This document shows positions 62,601 to 64,000 of a stretch of DNA of 64,000 nt, one piece after another; within the stretch, counting starts at the first letter, position 1, and every line of letters starts with the position of its first letter. The DNA is taken from assembly GCA_002269645.1 (NCBI GenBank), contig NIVC01000069.1, positions 353,498 through 417,497 on the forward strand, written 5' to 3'. A model generated the notes under the pieces. The model saw only the letters and a list, made by a program, of their open reading frames with translations, did not search any database and had not been told where the DNA came from. Position numbers and translations under genes: made by a program. Source of the stretch: Macrostomum lignano (taxonomy: Eukaryota).

Positions 62601-64000
62601 GCACCGGCACGATAGGAGACGCGTACTCGGAGTTAGAGACAGGCTGCAGAACGCCTTGCTCGATCTCCCGGTCCAGCTGCTCCTCCACCTTGGACTTCAA
62701 AGCGAACGGCACCGTCCGAGCTTTGAAAAATTTGGGCTGTGCACCTGGTTTCGTCCGCAATTTCAGTGGTTCGCCTGTGTAGCAACCGAGTCCGTCCGAA
62801 AATACTGCGCTGTACTTTTGCAGCAGCTGCTCCACCTGCTGATTTCCCTGAGCCGGCAGTTCTCGCTCTCGCAGCTCCTTGATGCTTCTCCAGTCCATGG
62901 TTAGTTCAGACAGCCAGTTCCGTCCGATCAAGCTGGAGCCGCTTCCTGAGACCACCACCAGAGGCAGCAGTTTCTTTTCATTTCCTGGAATCTCCACAGT
63001 GACGCTCAACTGTCCCAGCACGTTGACAGGTTGGCCGCCGTAGTTCCGCAGCCGAATCGTGGTCCCACCGAGCTTAGGGATACCTCCGAGAAGATCCTGG
63101 TAGACTTTGGCTGAGATCAACGACACCGCGGCGCCCGTGTCTATCTCCATCTGGCAGGACACGCCGTTGATCAGTACCTTGGTCAAGTAGGGTGGCACCT
63201 TGGCTGCAACGCTGGGCACGGTGTTAAGGGAGCTGCAGTCCTCGTCTTCTGCTTCTTGCACGGCGCCCACGCGGGGCTTGGAGTCCGCACCCGATACTCC
63301 GGCGCCTCTACGGCAAGCAGCTGCGGTGTGCCCGAGCTTGCCGCACTTGAAGCATGCCTTCTTGATGAACGGGCACTTGTCCGCCAGATGTCGAGTCGAC
63401 AAGCACCGGAAACACTTCTGTGGGGCTCGACCAGATCCGGTCGCCTTGGCCTGGTCGACTCGATCGACTGAAGCAGCCGCCGCAGGGCCAGCCACCTCCT
63501 GTGAGCTCCTGACGACCGTGCAGCCTTTTTCCGCCAGCTCCACCGCTTGAGCGATCTTCAGCGCCTTCTCGAGATCCAGCTCCGGCTCCGACAGCAGTCT
63601 GCGCTGGATCCGATCGTCCTGGATGCCGAGCACCAGCCGATCCCTGAGCATCGACTCCAAGCTGTTTCCGAACTTGCAGTCCACGGCCAGACGCCGCAAA
63701 CTGGCCAGGAAATCCGCCACTGACTCGGTGCTGGCCCGCACGCGCTGATAGAAATGAAAACGCTGCACAATTTCAGAAGGCTCCGGCTTCCAGTGCTCCT
63801 TTAGTTTTTGGCAAATGTCTGCGTAGCTCGTCTCCGATGGCTTCCTCGGGCCAGCAGGCTGCAAATCAGCTTGAATGTCTCCTTGCCACGACACTGAGGA
63901 AGACAGCTCGCTTTTTGTCTTCGGACTCTATGTCGCTTGCAATGAAAACTTGCTCCATTCTTTCCTTGTACTGCAGCCAGTCCTCATTTTCAGGCTCAAA
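59654..64000 (-). mobile_element. Ty3/Gypsy LTR retrotransposon (3' LTR 59654-59896; 5' end beyond window), antisense in TTC28 intron
   Basis: LTR TG...CA with AATAAA, purine tract gtggaggga directly upstream on the minus strand, gag-pol ORF. Confidence 0.95.
60073..64000 (-). CDS. Gag-Pol polyprotein (two CCHC knuckles, protease, RT, RNase H, integrase); two apparent frameshifts near the gag N-terminus
   Basis: CFRCLSTRHLADKC, CFKCGKLGHTAAAC, IDTGA, FIDD, LECDSS, HHCC, DYAGP..DNGPNF..NGLAER in Gypsy domain order. Confidence 0.95.

Noticed and set aside
60344-63770. Overlapping and antisense ORFs inside the Gypsy pol
   Set aside because: GC-rich shadow ORFs with no recognisable motifs

Overview
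Eukaryotic (animal) genomic DNA, not prokaryotic; the style (compact genes, minisatellite-filled introns, splice acceptors just upstream of start codons) is consistent with a flatworm such as Macrostomum, but that assignment is inference. Minus-strand cluster (1-21.5 kb): BET1-family SNARE, 5-exon UTP18, two orphan ORF candidates and an F-box/LRR gene running off the left edge. AT-rich spacer (21.7-33 kb) with DNA transposons (hAT-type MITEs with 8-bp TSDs, a PHD-finger Mutator element), a CORE-like SINE and a 1.7-kb CpG-free tract. Plus-strand cluster (33-48 kb): isochorismatase-fold gene with a zinc-ribbon insert and no start codon of its own, a CHPF/CSGalNAcT-like glycosyltransferase and 6-exon EXO1. 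Then AAMDC (minus, with a signal-peptide-like N-terminus) and the first two exons of TTC28 (plus), whose intron holds a Ty3/Gypsy element plus an extra solo LTR. All gene models were assembled by hand from GT-AG sites and reading-frame continuity. Most interesting leads: possible spliced-leader-donated start codon, the zinc-ribbon isochorismatase with Cys-to-Ser change, a secreted-looking AAMDC, the PHD-MULE, and minisatellites concentrated in transcribed DNA.
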